NCBI GenBank assembly: GCA_025453675.1
Contig: JALOPW010000002.1
Location: 17,913 to 81,912, forward strand
Direction: 5' to 3'
DNA from: Methanolinea sp.
GTDB lineage: Archaea > Halobacteriota > Methanomicrobia > Methanomicrobiales > Methanospirillaceae
DNA: 64,000 nucleotides
The notes beneath the pieces are model-generated. The model was given only the letters and a program-made list of their open reading frames with translations, made no database searches and was not told the origin of the DNA. The number at the start of each line of letters is the position of its first letter. Positions within the stretch are counted from its first letter, which is position 1. Positions 50,792 through 60,406 of the stretch are shown here, one piece after another. The translations under genes were made by a program, and so were the position numbers.

Positions 50792-51298
50792 TCACAGGAA
50801 TTGCTCAAACCTGTCCTGGGTGGCCTTGCATACAGGGCAGACCAGCGGAGGGGCCTCCCGGGCGCAGAGGTATCCGCACACCCTGCACCGCCACACCGGC
50901 AGGGGCAGTGCCCTGGAGAGTCCTGCATGTACCACGGGTTTTTTCGCCCTATCTTTTCTGGGAGGCCGCCTCTCGGGGATGCACGACACCTGGGTCTTAC
51001 CGGATGCCAACTCCCCGGAGACGTACAGCGCGCAATAGCAGGCACCATACTCATTCAGGTCAGGGTCGCGGTAGTCACACGGGCAGATGATATCAAGGTC
51101 ATCCTCCCTCTTCCCGGAAGCCAGCCGGCAGGGGCAGGCAGCATACCCATAGCGCTGTTCATTCACACATATTCCTGCAACCAGGTTCTTTACAAATGCC
51201 TGATCTGGATTGAGAAGGTACCCTCCAGCCTCAGCTTCCTGGCGCAGTTTCGACATCCGCGCATCTATCGTGCCTTCTGGGATTCCCTCCCCTGTCAT
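50792..51298 (-). CDS. Ferredoxin:thioredoxin reductase catalytic-like protein with C-terminal rubredoxin-like domain (FDR)
   Basis: CPCR, CPC, CYC FTR motifs; CRVC...CPVC. Confidence 0.9.
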   Translation of the reverse strand: MTGEGIPEGTIDARMSKLRQEAEAGGYLLNPDQAFVKNLVAGICVNEQRYGYAACPCRLASGKREDDLDIICPCDYRDPDLNEYGACYCALYVSGELASGKTQVSCIPERRPPRKDRAKKPVVHAGLSRALPLPVWRCRVCGYLCAREAPPLVCPVCKATQDRFEQFL

Positions 51299-51573
51299 TT
51301 CAGCGCCTCACGAATCTCTGCTTCGCGGAAGCCTGCAATGCTCCTGGACCCATCGATCACAAGAGTGGGAAACGATCCGCTCGGATTAAATCTCTCCACT
51401 TCCCGGATAGCCTCCTCCATCTCTGCCGGGGGAAGCCTGTCCACGAAGACGAAATGATACTCCACCCCCAGGTCATTGAGGAGCTGCTTGGTCTTCGCGC
51501 ACCACCCGCAGGTGGAGAGGGCATAGAGCCTGATCTCTCCTTTTTTCCTGCCTTTCACGTGTTCCATATGCAT
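51295..51573 (-). CDS. Glutaredoxin/NrdH-like redoxin
   Basis: YALSTCGWC, SFPTLVI, GF; ATGA-coupled to FDR. Confidence 0.9.
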   Translation of the reverse strand: MHMEHVKGRKKGEIRLYALSTCGWCAKTKQLLNDLGVEYHFVFVDRLPPAEMEEAIREVERFNPSGSFPTLVIDGSRSIAGFREAEIREALK

Positions 51574-51687
51574 ATCAGATCATTCAGGGAAACCTGCTCC
51601 ATACTATTGGGAAGGCGCACGAGAGATATAAGTCTATCAGGATGGGATCTCGCGCATCCCCTGGCCAGAAGTGTATTCCGGAAGCAG

Positions 51688-51933
51688 TTAAAGTGCCTGG
51701 GAGAGCTTTTGGATCTGGATGAGAAGGTACTCGAACCATTGCTGGAGGCAGTTGAAGAATGCCAGAACCTGCTCCTGCGCAAGGGTGACAAACTGCAAAA
51801 TAGGCCCGGCCTCCTCCCCTGCAGGGCTTCCTGTGCCGATCATGGCGGTGAGACCAATGATCACGATGAGAGCAAGTACGATAATAATCATCAGGAGCAC
51901 AATCAACAGAATGGTAAAGGAACCCGCTCGCAT
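51688..51933 (-). CDS. Small hypothetical membrane protein
   Basis: Long N-terminal hydrophobic helix; GGAGGGAG RBS. Confidence 0.5.
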   Translation of the reverse strand: MRAGSFTILLIVLLMIIIVLALIVIIGLTAMIGTGSPAGEEAGPILQFVTLAQEQVLAFFNCLQQWFEYLLIQIQKLSQAL

Positions 51934-52018
51934 GCTCCCTCCTAGGGATGGTAGTGTGTATGACTATTTAAATGATTACATTTCCAATTCGGAGATGAAT
52001 AAGAGGAGAATAGGGTCT

Positions 52019-52231
52019 TTACCCCGATGACTTCTTTTCATCTTTCTTCAATTCCAGTATCAGCATCACACAGAGAATCGCAGAGAATCCCAGCACAATG
52101 AGGGTGAGGAAGAGACTCACAAAGATCATAACACCCTGCGCAGTGAGAAATCCCACCCAGAGGAGGGCTACAAAACAGATAAGATAATAAAAAACCCACC
52201 CCCTGGGGTCGCGCATCTGCATATTCGCCAT
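52019..52231 (-). CDS. Small hypothetical 2-TM membrane protein
   Basis: Two hydrophobic segments, basic tail; GGAG RBS, TTTAAA upstream. Confidence 0.5.
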   Translation of the reverse strand: MANMQMRDPRGWVFYYLICFVALLWVGFLTAQGVMIFVSLFLTLIVLGFSAILCVMLILELKKDEKKSSG

Positions 52232-52359
52232 TATCTCCGGACCCCCATTTAAATATTGTTATTTTTTATCAGGAGGAGATAATGGCGGATCTCTTCCCGT
52301 ATCGCCGTCCTCATTTCCTATTCGATACTATTCTTACCACCCCTGACCATGCACTATAT

Positions 52360-53370
52360 ATGACCAGATCAGGCATCCTGTTCGTTCTCCTTCTCATGGT
52401 TCTCCCGTGTGCTGTCCAGGCCCTGGTTACAGAGAGCGGGGAGAGGGTTCTTTTTGAACGCCCGGTAAACGATGACGTCTTTGCCGCGGGCGGAAAGGTG
52501 ATGGTGAATGCACCTGTTCAGAGCCTCATCGCCGCAGGAGGTGAGATCGAGATCAATGCCCCTGTGGAAGGCGACGTGATCGCTGCAGGGGGTACGATCA
52601 CCATCAATGCCCCGGTGAGGGGAAAAGTCGTCCTGGCCGGGGGGCTGGTCACCCTGAATGGTAGCATAGGAAGAAATGTCCTAATCCACGCAGGTGATGT
52701 AAAGATCACGGAAGGTACCACAGTTGGTGCTGATGCGCTGATATCGGCAAGCCAGGTCTCCAATATGGGTGATGTGGAGGGGAACCTCACGGTCTCAAGC
52801 CACGAGTTCACCCATACCGGGACGGCAAGTCATCTCTCGTATACGAGGGAAAGTTCCTCTCTTGGGGAGGGTTTGCTCGGGTTCCTCTCCCTGGCAATGC
52901 TCCTCTTTTCTGCCGGGATGGGTATCCTTGGCCTCCTCCTGATCAGGCTTGCCCCCGGCCCATACCAGCTGGTCGAGGGAGAGGTGCGATCGCGCCCGCT
53001 GCTGAAGGGGCTGGCGGGGCTGGGCGGGATCCTGGGCGGAATCATCCTCGCCGTTCTCCTCACCATCACTCTGATAGGGCTTCCGGTGGCCATATGTGTC
53101 ATCATGGGTCTGGTCTCGGGGCTGCTCTTTGCCACGCTGTGTGTCTCCTCGTCGCTCGGGAAAGTCATAGGTGACCGTTTTGGCTGGAGCATGAAGACAT
53201 GGCAGCATTTCCTGCTGGGATTTGTGATCCTGCAACTGGGATTCCGGATCCCCTTCCTCGGGCTGGTGATCCTGGTGATCTGCCTCTGTCTTGGATTCGG
53301 GGCCCTCTTGTATGCCCTTCCGTCCTGCCGCGGCCTCCTCTCAGGAAGGGAAGAGGAAGTAGGCAGGTAG
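52360..53370 (+). CDS. Exported beta-helix (polymer-forming/bactofilin-like repeat) membrane protein
   Basis: Signal peptide; repeats DV.AAGG...INAPV.G; multi-TM C-terminus. Confidence 0.75.
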   Translation: MTRSGILFVLLLMVLPCAVQALVTESGERVLFERPVNDDVFAAGGKVMVNAPVQSLIAAGGEIEINAPVEGDVIAAGGTITINAPVRGKVVLAGGLVTLNGSIGRNVLIHAGDVKITEGTTVGADALISASQVSNMGDVEGNLTVSSHEFTHTGTASHLSYTRESSSLGEGLLGFLSLAMLLFSAGMGILGLLLIRLAPGPYQLVEGEVRSRPLLKGLAGLGGILGGIILAVLLTITLIGLPVAICVIMGLVSGLLFATLCVSSSLGKVIGDRFGWSMKTWQHFLLGFVILQLGFRIPFLGLVILVICLCLGFGALLYALPSCRGLLSGREEEVGR

Positions 53371-53493
53371 GTGAGAGGGGACCTCCCACCCCCCCCTCCC
53401 CGGCTAAGCTGTTGATCGGGGAAAATGACAGGATAACAGGATTTAAGGTGTAAATCGAAACATATATGCCCCTAAAGTATCTCATTCGATAGT

Positions 53494-54993
53494 ATGTGTG
53501 CGCGCTTTTTTGACCGCTTTTTCAAGCCCCGGCCACATATCGTGGAGAGCCCACCTCCACCGTCCATCGCGCACGGACCTGGCGTATATGTCCCTGAATT
53601 CAAGATAAAACCTTATTTTATAGTGGCTTCGGTGGAGATGGGAAATACCACTACGAAGTGTATCCTCACCGGGGTGAACCTGGAGACGGGGATGAGCTAC
53701 GTTATCAACAAGACCGTGAAGATGAGCAGGGATGTCCGCAAACCAAGACCTGGTGAGGCAGTATTCGGGGAGACCCTGGATGGGACCCAGCTGACGAGGG
53801 AATCGGTGACGGAGCTCGTACGGGATACGCTGATCCAGTGCCACCGTGACGTACATCTGGACATCCAGAAGGACCTTGATTTCGTGGTGCGGAGTACGGG
53901 AGTGGTGGCGGCAATGGATTCCCCCGACCAGGTGGGCGAGTTCGTGCTGGCGCTTGCAAACGGCTGTCTCCTCGCGGGGGTGCCTCCCCGGAAGATGACT
54001 CCCCCCATGTCCAAGGCCAACCAGGCCCAGAAACTCCAGCCTTTCAGCTACGCGGACAAGGTGGTCTTCATAGGGGCGGTCGCAGGCGTCATCCCGCCTG
54101 TAGGGAGCACGGGAGTGGAGATGGTGGCAAACGAGATGGAAGGGGAACTTGCGATGGCAGGCATCAAGGAAGGGGCCAAGTGGACTCCTGTCGACTTCAG
54201 GAATCCCTGCATCTCCATCGATTTCGGGACCACCCTTGATGGCCGTATCACCAGTGACGTGGCCCCTGCTGAGAGGAACCCGTTCGCCAAGACCATCGGA
54301 AATTTCTGTGGGCTTGCAGGAGCAATTCCCGATGCCATCGTAAAAGGGACAGGACTCGTGGACTCCCATACCGGGACCGCGCTGGACGTGTTCGGTGACC
54401 GGAGCGTGGTGAGCGATTTCGCCCTCAAAGGACAGACTGATGTGGTGAAACGCTACGTTGACCGTGCCCATGAATTGATCGACATACGGCTGGTGCCCCC
54501 TGACAGGCGGAGGTTTGGAAGGGTGCCCGTGTATGCGGATGTGGCAACGGAGTCGGGGGTGGCCCTCATAGGCTGTGATGCCGGGGAGAACGGGAGCAAC
54601 CTTCCGGCACTGCTTGATCTCGGCAAAGAGATCTACGCACAGCACAGCTTAAGCCTCCTCAACGAGATCATCGACCGGGTATGTGCACGCATGGCGCTCC
54701 GCCTGGTTGATGTGGCGAACGAACTCGGGATGGTGTATCCCAACTCATGCATCGGGTTCACCGGGAGAGCAGCTATTTCCGGGAGGAAACCGGATTATAT
54801 TCTGGAAGGGATCACCGAGAGGAATCTCTTCGAGAACCCAAACGACCGCCTGGTCTTTGTGGACGACGGGCTTGCCAGGGGTGCTGCCCTCATGGGACGG
54901 TGTATGAACTCCCTGGGCAAACCCAAAAATCCCATCGGTGGGATTCGGGGGGGGCCCTGCATCATGGCCCGGAGGATAAAGATCGGCAAATGA
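53494..54993 (+). CDS. Methanogenesis marker protein 14 (ASKHA/actin-like fold)
   Basis: VASVEMGNTTTKCI, DLDFVVRSTGV, DFGTTL, DDGLARGAA. Confidence 0.88.
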   Translation: MCARFFDRFFKPRPHIVESPPPPSIAHGPGVYVPEFKIKPYFIVASVEMGNTTTKCILTGVNLETGMSYVINKTVKMSRDVRKPRPGEAVFGETLDGTQLTRESVTELVRDTLIQCHRDVHLDIQKDLDFVVRSTGVVAAMDSPDQVGEFVLALANGCLLAGVPPRKMTPPMSKANQAQKLQPFSYADKVVFIGAVAGVIPPVGSTGVEMVANEMEGELAMAGIKEGAKWTPVDFRNPCISIDFGTTLDGRITSDVAPAERNPFAKTIGNFCGLAGAIPDAIVKGTGLVDSHTGTALDVFGDRSVVSDFALKGQTDVVKRYVDRAHELIDIRLVPPDRRRFGRVPVYADVATESGVALIGCDAGENGSNLPALLDLGKEIYAQHSLSLLNEIIDRVCARMALRLVDVANELGMVYPNSCIGFTGRAAISGRKPDYILEGITERNLFENPNDRLVFVDDGLARGAALMGRCMNSLGKPKNPIGGIRGGPCIMARRIKIGK

Positions 54994-55003
54994 GGAGGTC
55001 AGA

Positions 55004-55294
55004 ATGAACGCAGAAGAGAAGAGGCAGGATATACCCGACAAGAATGAGACCCCGGCAGGGGCTGATGAGGAACTCTTTGATCTCCTTATACCCCCTGGTG
55101 TCCCACGGTCGATTATTGCGGACATCATCACCCAATTCGACGTGCAGCTGGTCGAGCGCAAACAGCGGCTCCACTTCGCGAACATGGATGGAGACGAGCG
55201 GGAGATCCTTGCATTCCGGGGAACACGTGCGAAAGTGGAGAAGGTGCAGGACTACATGTTCAAAGAACTGCAGAAATTTATTGACGAGAAATAA
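55004..55294 (+). CDS. Conserved hypothetical protein linked to marker 14
   Basis: GAGGAGGT RBS; DLLIPPGVPR motif. Confidence 0.7.
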   Translation: MNAEEKRQDIPDKNETPAGADEELFDLLIPPGVPRSIIADIITQFDVQLVERKQRLHFANMDGDEREILAFRGTRAKVEKVQDYMFKELQKFIDEK

Positions 55295-55406
55295 GATCTC
55301 TCTTTTCCTGTTCACCAGGTTTTCCTGCATATCCCCGGAGGACCAGACAATCGGGGGCTCACCTCTTCTCGATGAGGGATTTGCGATTCTTTTATCCCGT
55401 TTTGGT

Positions 55407-55440
55407 ATGAAAACCGCATCCGCGGTTTTCATCAGGAGGG
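55407..55440. repeat. Palindromic repeat, family B, copy 2
   Basis: Perfect 11-bp inverted repeat ATGAAAACCGC-ATCC-GCGGTTTTCAT followed by CAGGAGGG. Confidence 0.8.
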
Positions 55441-55551
55441 CATGTGACCCGACTGTCTCATGTGCGTTGTCATTTGAGATATCCCGGGTACATCCGGGGA
55501 TTCTACCAATTTTCATCCCGGTGAGAGAGATATGAGTGTGTTGTTGCACCT

Positions 55552-56511
55552 CTAGAGGTCAGGCATCTGAATTGCCATGTACCAGGCATGAAGCGCAAGG
55601 ATGAGATAGATGGGGAAGAGGACGAAGAAAGAGATGAATTCTCCGGTGGTGGTGAACGTCCAGATGGTGGCGTATACGTCAATCTGGAAGATGAGCACGC
55701 CCCACCAGAGCCCGATATACATGTACCCCATACCTGGGAGCATGAAGTTTAAGAAACCGGCGATGAGGGGGTTTTTCCTCACCCGCGGCCGGCGTGCCAG
55801 GGCTCTTGGGAGGAAACGCATCGGCAGCCCGCAGGAGGGAGCGGCCTGCACCGCCTCCCAGCGGACCTCCTCATCGGGATCGCGGGTGGAACGGTACAGT
55901 ATAGGAATAGCCTCCCTTGCACGAAGAACACCAAGCGCCCTCACGGCCTGAAGCCTGACATTCCTGTCCTGGTCCCTGAGCGCATTTCCAAGGGCTTGCA
56001 CGGCGTCTGGTCCATGCCCTTCCAGTCTCTCCCAGTCCTGCATCCCGACCAGCAGGAATGCCTCATCTGACTCATTCACCGGTTGCCAGGAGAGTTTCTG
56101 CAGCGAGAGGGCGGCCCCGTAGCGGACGTACTTGTCCTCGTCCTCAAGAGCTTTCCGCAGGGCCGGAATGGCAGCATGGTCGCCTATCTCTCCCAGGGCA
56201 AGGGCCGCTTCCCAGCGGACCTCGTTGCTCCTGTCCCCCATCTGACGTATGAGGGGATCGAGGGCACGGTTATCCCCGATCATCCCGAGAGCCTCGATGA
56301 TCCCGAGGCGAGCTTCTTTATTCCGGGTCCCGAGGGCCTCGATAAGATAGTCCAGACCTTCACTCCCGAGATCTCCCAGCGCCTGGGCAGCCTTCCACTG
56401 GACCCCTGGGTCCCTGTGGCGGAGTGCGCTCGTTAATCCCCCAAAATCTCTTCTCTCCTTCAATGCCGGGACATCAGGGATGGTGAGATCCAGGAACCAC
56501 CCCGGGATCAT
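55552..56511 (-). CDS. HEAT (PBS-lyase-like) repeat protein with C-terminal TM2-like membrane domain (paralog 1)
   Basis: D....VRW.AA.ALG repeats; KNPLIAGFLNFMLPGMGYMYIG. Confidence 0.85.
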   Translation of the reverse strand: MIPGWFLDLTIPDVPALKERRDFGGLTSALRHRDPGVQWKAAQALGDLGSEGLDYLIEALGTRNKEARLGIIEALGMIGDNRALDPLIRQMGDRSNEVRWEAALALGEIGDHAAIPALRKALEDEDKYVRYGAALSLQKLSWQPVNESDEAFLLVGMQDWERLEGHGPDAVQALGNALRDQDRNVRLQAVRALGVLRAREAIPILYRSTRDPDEEVRWEAVQAAPSCGLPMRFLPRALARRPRVRKNPLIAGFLNFMLPGMGYMYIGLWWGVLIFQIDVYATIWTFTTTGEFISFFVLFPIYLILALHAWYMAIQMPDL

Positions 56512-56545
56512 CTCCCCATACCCCCCGGATCGCTCGTACGCAGGA

Positions 56546-57511
56546 TCATATATCCGGCATCCCCCTTACCAGGTGCCAGGTATGGACAACGGCAATAGAT
56601 GAGACTATGAGAGAGAGGAGATAGGGGATGATCGAACCATATACCAGGCTGAGGATCATCACGGTGTTGATATTGACCTGGAAGAGGAGGAAACCCCACC
56701 ATTTCCCAAGGTAATTATAACCAAGGCCGAGGAAGAAAATGTTGAGAAAAATTGCGACATAGAGGCTCTTTCCGGTCCGGACCCTCCGGGACATGACCCC
56801 GGGGAGATACATAGGGGGAACCTGGCAGTGAGGGAACGCCAGGCTCGCTCTCCAGCGCACATCAGGGTCAGGATCTTTCATCGCCTTGTCACAAAATTTC
56901 TGCGTGACCGGGTCGCCCAGCATTCCAAGCAGGGAGACGGCCGCTCTCCTGATGCGAGGGTCAGGGTCATCCAGATACTCCGTCAGGACAAGGGCCGGGA
57001 CAACTCCGACGCCGGGAATTGCGCTCCAGGCCTGGCGGGCGACCAGGAGCCTCACCTCCTCCTCAGCATCATGCGGTCTCCATTCCAGTTGCGTGAGCGC
57101 TTCTGCTGCTCCAAAGCGCACGTACTTATCCCTGTCCCTTAGCCCTCCCCGCAGCGCCGGGATGGCGTCTTCTTTTCCGATCTCACCAAGGGCGATTGCT
57201 GCGATCCAGCGCATCTCGTTGCTTGGGTCCGCCGAGAGGATCCGGGAAAGGATCGGGATGCTGGCCGGACTCCGGATCCTGGCCATGGCCTCCAGTGTAC
57301 CGAGCCTTTCCCTCACTTTCCCATGCCCTGCCCGTGAATGGAGCATGGAGATAGCTGGCTGACCGAGCCTTCCCAGGGCATCCGCAGCCTCGTTCCGAAT
57401 CGTATACTCCCTGCTGGAGAGGAGATATATCAGGCCCCTGATATCTCCCCTTGATTCGAGCGCAGGTACATCCGGGGGATCTGTCTGGCGAATCAACTCC
57501 GCCAGGCTCAT
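56546..57511 (-). CDS. HEAT repeat protein with C-terminal TM2-like domain (paralog 2)
   Basis: PDVPALE..GD..GL; NEMRWIAAIALGEIG; KSLYVAIFLNIFFLGLGYNYLG. Confidence 0.85.
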   Translation of the reverse strand: MSLAELIRQTDPPDVPALESRGDIRGLIYLLSSREYTIRNEAADALGRLGQPAISMLHSRAGHGKVRERLGTLEAMARIRSPASIPILSRILSADPSNEMRWIAAIALGEIGKEDAIPALRGGLRDRDKYVRFGAAEALTQLEWRPHDAEEEVRLLVARQAWSAIPGVGVVPALVLTEYLDDPDPRIRRAAVSLLGMLGDPVTQKFCDKAMKDPDPDVRWRASLAFPHCQVPPMYLPGVMSRRVRTGKSLYVAIFLNIFFLGLGYNYLGKWWGFLLFQVNINTVMILSLVYGSIIPYLLSLIVSSIAVVHTWHLVRGMPDI

Positions 57512-57539
57512 CTGAGTTCATCCCGGTTCCATTCCAGGC

Positions 57540-60377
57540 TCAAGACTCATTTCCTCCTCTCCTCCACCGCAGTACCAGGAGGGCTGCCACCAGGACCACC
57601 CCGAAGACGATAGCCACGTTGCGTATGAGCACAAAGCCGATTGCCGATGGCAGTCCTGCAGCAGGATTACCGGGGAGGGGCATCTCGCCGGGAGTCATGG
57701 TCGTGGTGGCGGTAATGGTTGCTGCCTCCTCACTGAAGGCACCAGAGACTCGCGCGGGAGCCATGGCGGCAACTTCTTCCAGCGGTCCGCTCTGTGTGGG
57801 GACTGCAGTCGGAGCAGGGGCAGCGGAACTGACAGATCCTGACCCTCCGTAGCCTCCTCCGCCTCCTCCACCGGTTGTGGTGCCGCCACTCTCCTGGCCT
57901 GACACAAACTTGGAAAGGGTGAGGTAGAACACCTGGATGGGGCTTCCAGCCCGACTGGTGGATGCCACACCGAACGTGGAGAATCCATTCGGGGATTCTG
58001 CACTGAAGTAGTCAATGTTGTGCTGAGTGTCATGATAAAGGAACGTTGCGGGCAGAACCTCACCAGACCCATCATCTGCCACCCGAATAACCCGGATACT
58101 GTCCCTCTTATATGGGAGGGTTATTGTCGTCTCGTTCGGTGTGCAACCGGGATACTCTATCCGAAGGGTGTGATCGCCGCCTTTCACTCTCTCGTCGAGC
58201 ACCACGGGGGAATACCCGATGAACTCGGAGTCCAGGTACACTCCCGCTTTATCCGGAATGGCATCGACAGTATATGTTCTCCTCCATCCATTCTGTTCAA
58301 TCCATTCCGGGTCAAGCCCGAATACCAGAGTTCCCGCAGGGCAGCCCGAGAAATTGCAATGCCCAAACTGTGCGGTGAACGCGACCCCGCAGATCCCGGA
58401 ATAATTCCCGAGGATCGAGATCTCATTGAACTTCTGGTAATCCCATGGGGTCGCATTTTCCCACAATTCTGCGTGGAATGTCCCATTTTGTGGGTATTCT
58501 GTCCCAGTTACCCTATAGGTGACGGATGAATTGTCCTCAACTTCACCATAGAAGAGAGGAGGACTCGAGATCTGCACCCCGGTGACAAAGCAGGTGAGGG
58601 AGAACTGGTCTGTCCAGGAGAAACCTTCCCCTGATGTGAAGAGTATCTTCCCGATTCCTGTATCTGACGAGGGCACTACTTCAACGGATGTATCATTGAG
58701 AACATTTACCTGGACAAGGCTCGAATTCAGGGTCAATCGCTGGAGAGATGATTCATATTCGCATGATATCCCGGGAATGTCCGGCACCATGTCATTTCTC
58801 ACTCCTTGGGGAACCATGATGCAGCCGTCGACCGAGGCGGTTGCATTCCCAAACTCGTTTCCCGTGGTCAGGGATACCCCGTAGCTCCCGGGAAGGACGT
58901 AGGTATGTTCAGGGTCTTTCTCCACGGAGGTGGTGCCATCCCCGAAATCCCAGAGATATGTGCCAGGTGTTCCGGTTGACTGGTCCGAAAACCTGACTGT
59001 GAGGGGGGCAAGTCCTTCGCACCTGTCAAATGAGAATGCAGGCGCAGGTGGACTCCCCACATATATATATCCGGGGATGTGCATACCCGACCTTTGATGG
59101 GCGGTGTGGATGAGAAGGGAGATATCATATACCCCTGCTGCAGGGTAAGTGTGCACCGGGTTCTGCTCCCTGGAAGTGCTCCCGTCCCCAAAATTCCAGA
59201 GCCACCCTGATGGACCCCCTGATGAGAGGTCAGTGAAATTCACCTGCAGGGGAACTCCTCCCTTCAGGGGGTCAGCGGTGAAGTCTGCTACTAATGGTGG
59301 ATCATCAATACCCAGTGTCACCATGTAGATGTCGAAATACCCGGTCTCGGGATCAGGTTGTTGCCAGACGACCCTTTCTCCAAAGATGGCGGGAAGACTG
59401 GGATCGGTCTGATCGATCTCCCTCTGGAGGAGCGTTGTCGAGCCCGAATCTATCTCATAAAGGAAGAGTTCATAAGAATAGTCTGAAGGGTCCTGCCCTG
59501 TCCAGACTACACGCCCATCGTGTATATCCGGTGTTCTTTCACTTGTATACTCTGTTCCAGGTGTCAGGAGGAGCGTTTCTTCGGATGTGATATTGAAGAG
59601 ATAGATATCAGAACACCAGGTGTACGGGTCTATTCGCTCATACACAAGGTATTCTCCGTCTATCGCGGGATAAAGTTCGTCCGTATCCTCTGTTCCCGGG
59701 GTAATCGGAGTAGTATTTCCATTTACCCTGGAGTAAAGGAAAATGTCATGCGTATCCGTATCGGAGTAATAACTCTGCCAGGCAATCCATGAATTTGATA
59801 TTGCAGGGTTTGTCTGGTCAGTGTCATCTGTATCAGGTGTGAGGATGGTCTCTTCTCCGGTTGCGATATCTCTTGAATAGATATCCCAACTCCCGAGACG
59901 GTGTTCCTCCCATACAACACTCCCTCTTCCAAGGTCAGGATTCCATGCCATGGTCCCGTTTCCACTCACAACGCACCACTCTTCACCTGTATCAATATCA
60001 TACAGGAGAACTCCATAGCCCAAGCCGGTATTGTGCGTCCAGGATACAAAATGGTCGAATATTGCAGGAATTTCTCCATCTGCGGGAATATAATCGGAGA
60101 TGAGGGCAGTCTCTTCTCCTGTGGAGATATTATACAGGTGCACCAATCCCGTTCCTGATGAATCGACCCATATCACTCTATCCCCGTAAATTACCGGGAA
60201 TTGTTGATGAGTCTGTCCTGATAGGACCGTCAGAAGTGTGGATGTACTGGCAACTGAAGAGGCATTACCGAATGCAGAAACCACTGAAGAGGTAAGAAAG
60301 AGCAGCAGTATCAACAGAAGAAAGAAGATACAAGGAGTGACTCCTACCTTACGAAAACGCGTGGATTCCGGCCTCAT
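57540..60377 (-). CDS. Large cell-surface protein: methanogen beta-propeller repeats, 2 PKD domains, PEGA, PGF-pre-PGF-like domain, C-terminal TM anchor
   Basis: Signal peptide; P.I.G..VVW..DIYLY repeats; W.WNFGDG..S..QNP.HTY twice; GVYLD..IG.SP PEGA; AESPNGFSTFG; Gly-rich linker; TM then RWRR. Confidence 0.88.
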   Translation of the reverse strand: MRPESTRFRKVGVTPCIFFLLLILLLFLTSSVVSAFGNASSVASTSTLLTVLSGQTHQQFPVIYGDRVIWVDSSGTGLVHLYNISTGEETALISDYIPADGEIPAIFDHFVSWTHNTGLGYGVLLYDIDTGEEWCVVSGNGTMAWNPDLGRGSVVWEEHRLGSWDIYSRDIATGEETILTPDTDDTDQTNPAISNSWIAWQSYYSDTDTHDIFLYSRVNGNTTPITPGTEDTDELYPAIDGEYLVYERIDPYTWCSDIYLFNITSEETLLLTPGTEYTSERTPDIHDGRVVWTGQDPSDYSYELFLYEIDSGSTTLLQREIDQTDPSLPAIFGERVVWQQPDPETGYFDIYMVTLGIDDPPLVADFTADPLKGGVPLQVNFTDLSSGGPSGWLWNFGDGSTSREQNPVHTYPAAGVYDISLLIHTAHQRSGMHIPGYIYVGSPPAPAFSFDRCEGLAPLTVRFSDQSTGTPGTYLWDFGDGTTSVEKDPEHTYVLPGSYGVSLTTGNEFGNATASVDGCIMVPQGVRNDMVPDIPGISCEYESSLQRLTLNSSLVQVNVLNDTSVEVVPSSDTGIGKILFTSGEGFSWTDQFSLTCFVTGVQISSPPLFYGEVEDNSSVTYRVTGTEYPQNGTFHAELWENATPWDYQKFNEISILGNYSGICGVAFTAQFGHCNFSGCPAGTLVFGLDPEWIEQNGWRRTYTVDAIPDKAGVYLDSEFIGYSPVVLDERVKGGDHTLRIEYPGCTPNETTITLPYKRDSIRVIRVADDGSGEVLPATFLYHDTQHNIDYFSAESPNGFSTFGVASTSRAGSPIQVFYLTLSKFVSGQESGGTTTGGGGGGGYGGSGSVSSAAPAPTAVPTQSGPLEEVAAMAPARVSGAFSEEAATITATTTMTPGEMPLPGNPAAGLPSAIGFVLIRNVAIVFGVVLVAALLVLRWRRGGNES

Positions 60378-60406
60378 TCTTATTACTCCACAAATTTATC
60401 CCATTC

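Noticed and set aside
53373..53402. G/C-run hairpin resembling the 3' end of repeat family A
   Set aside because: Too short and low-complexity to assign.
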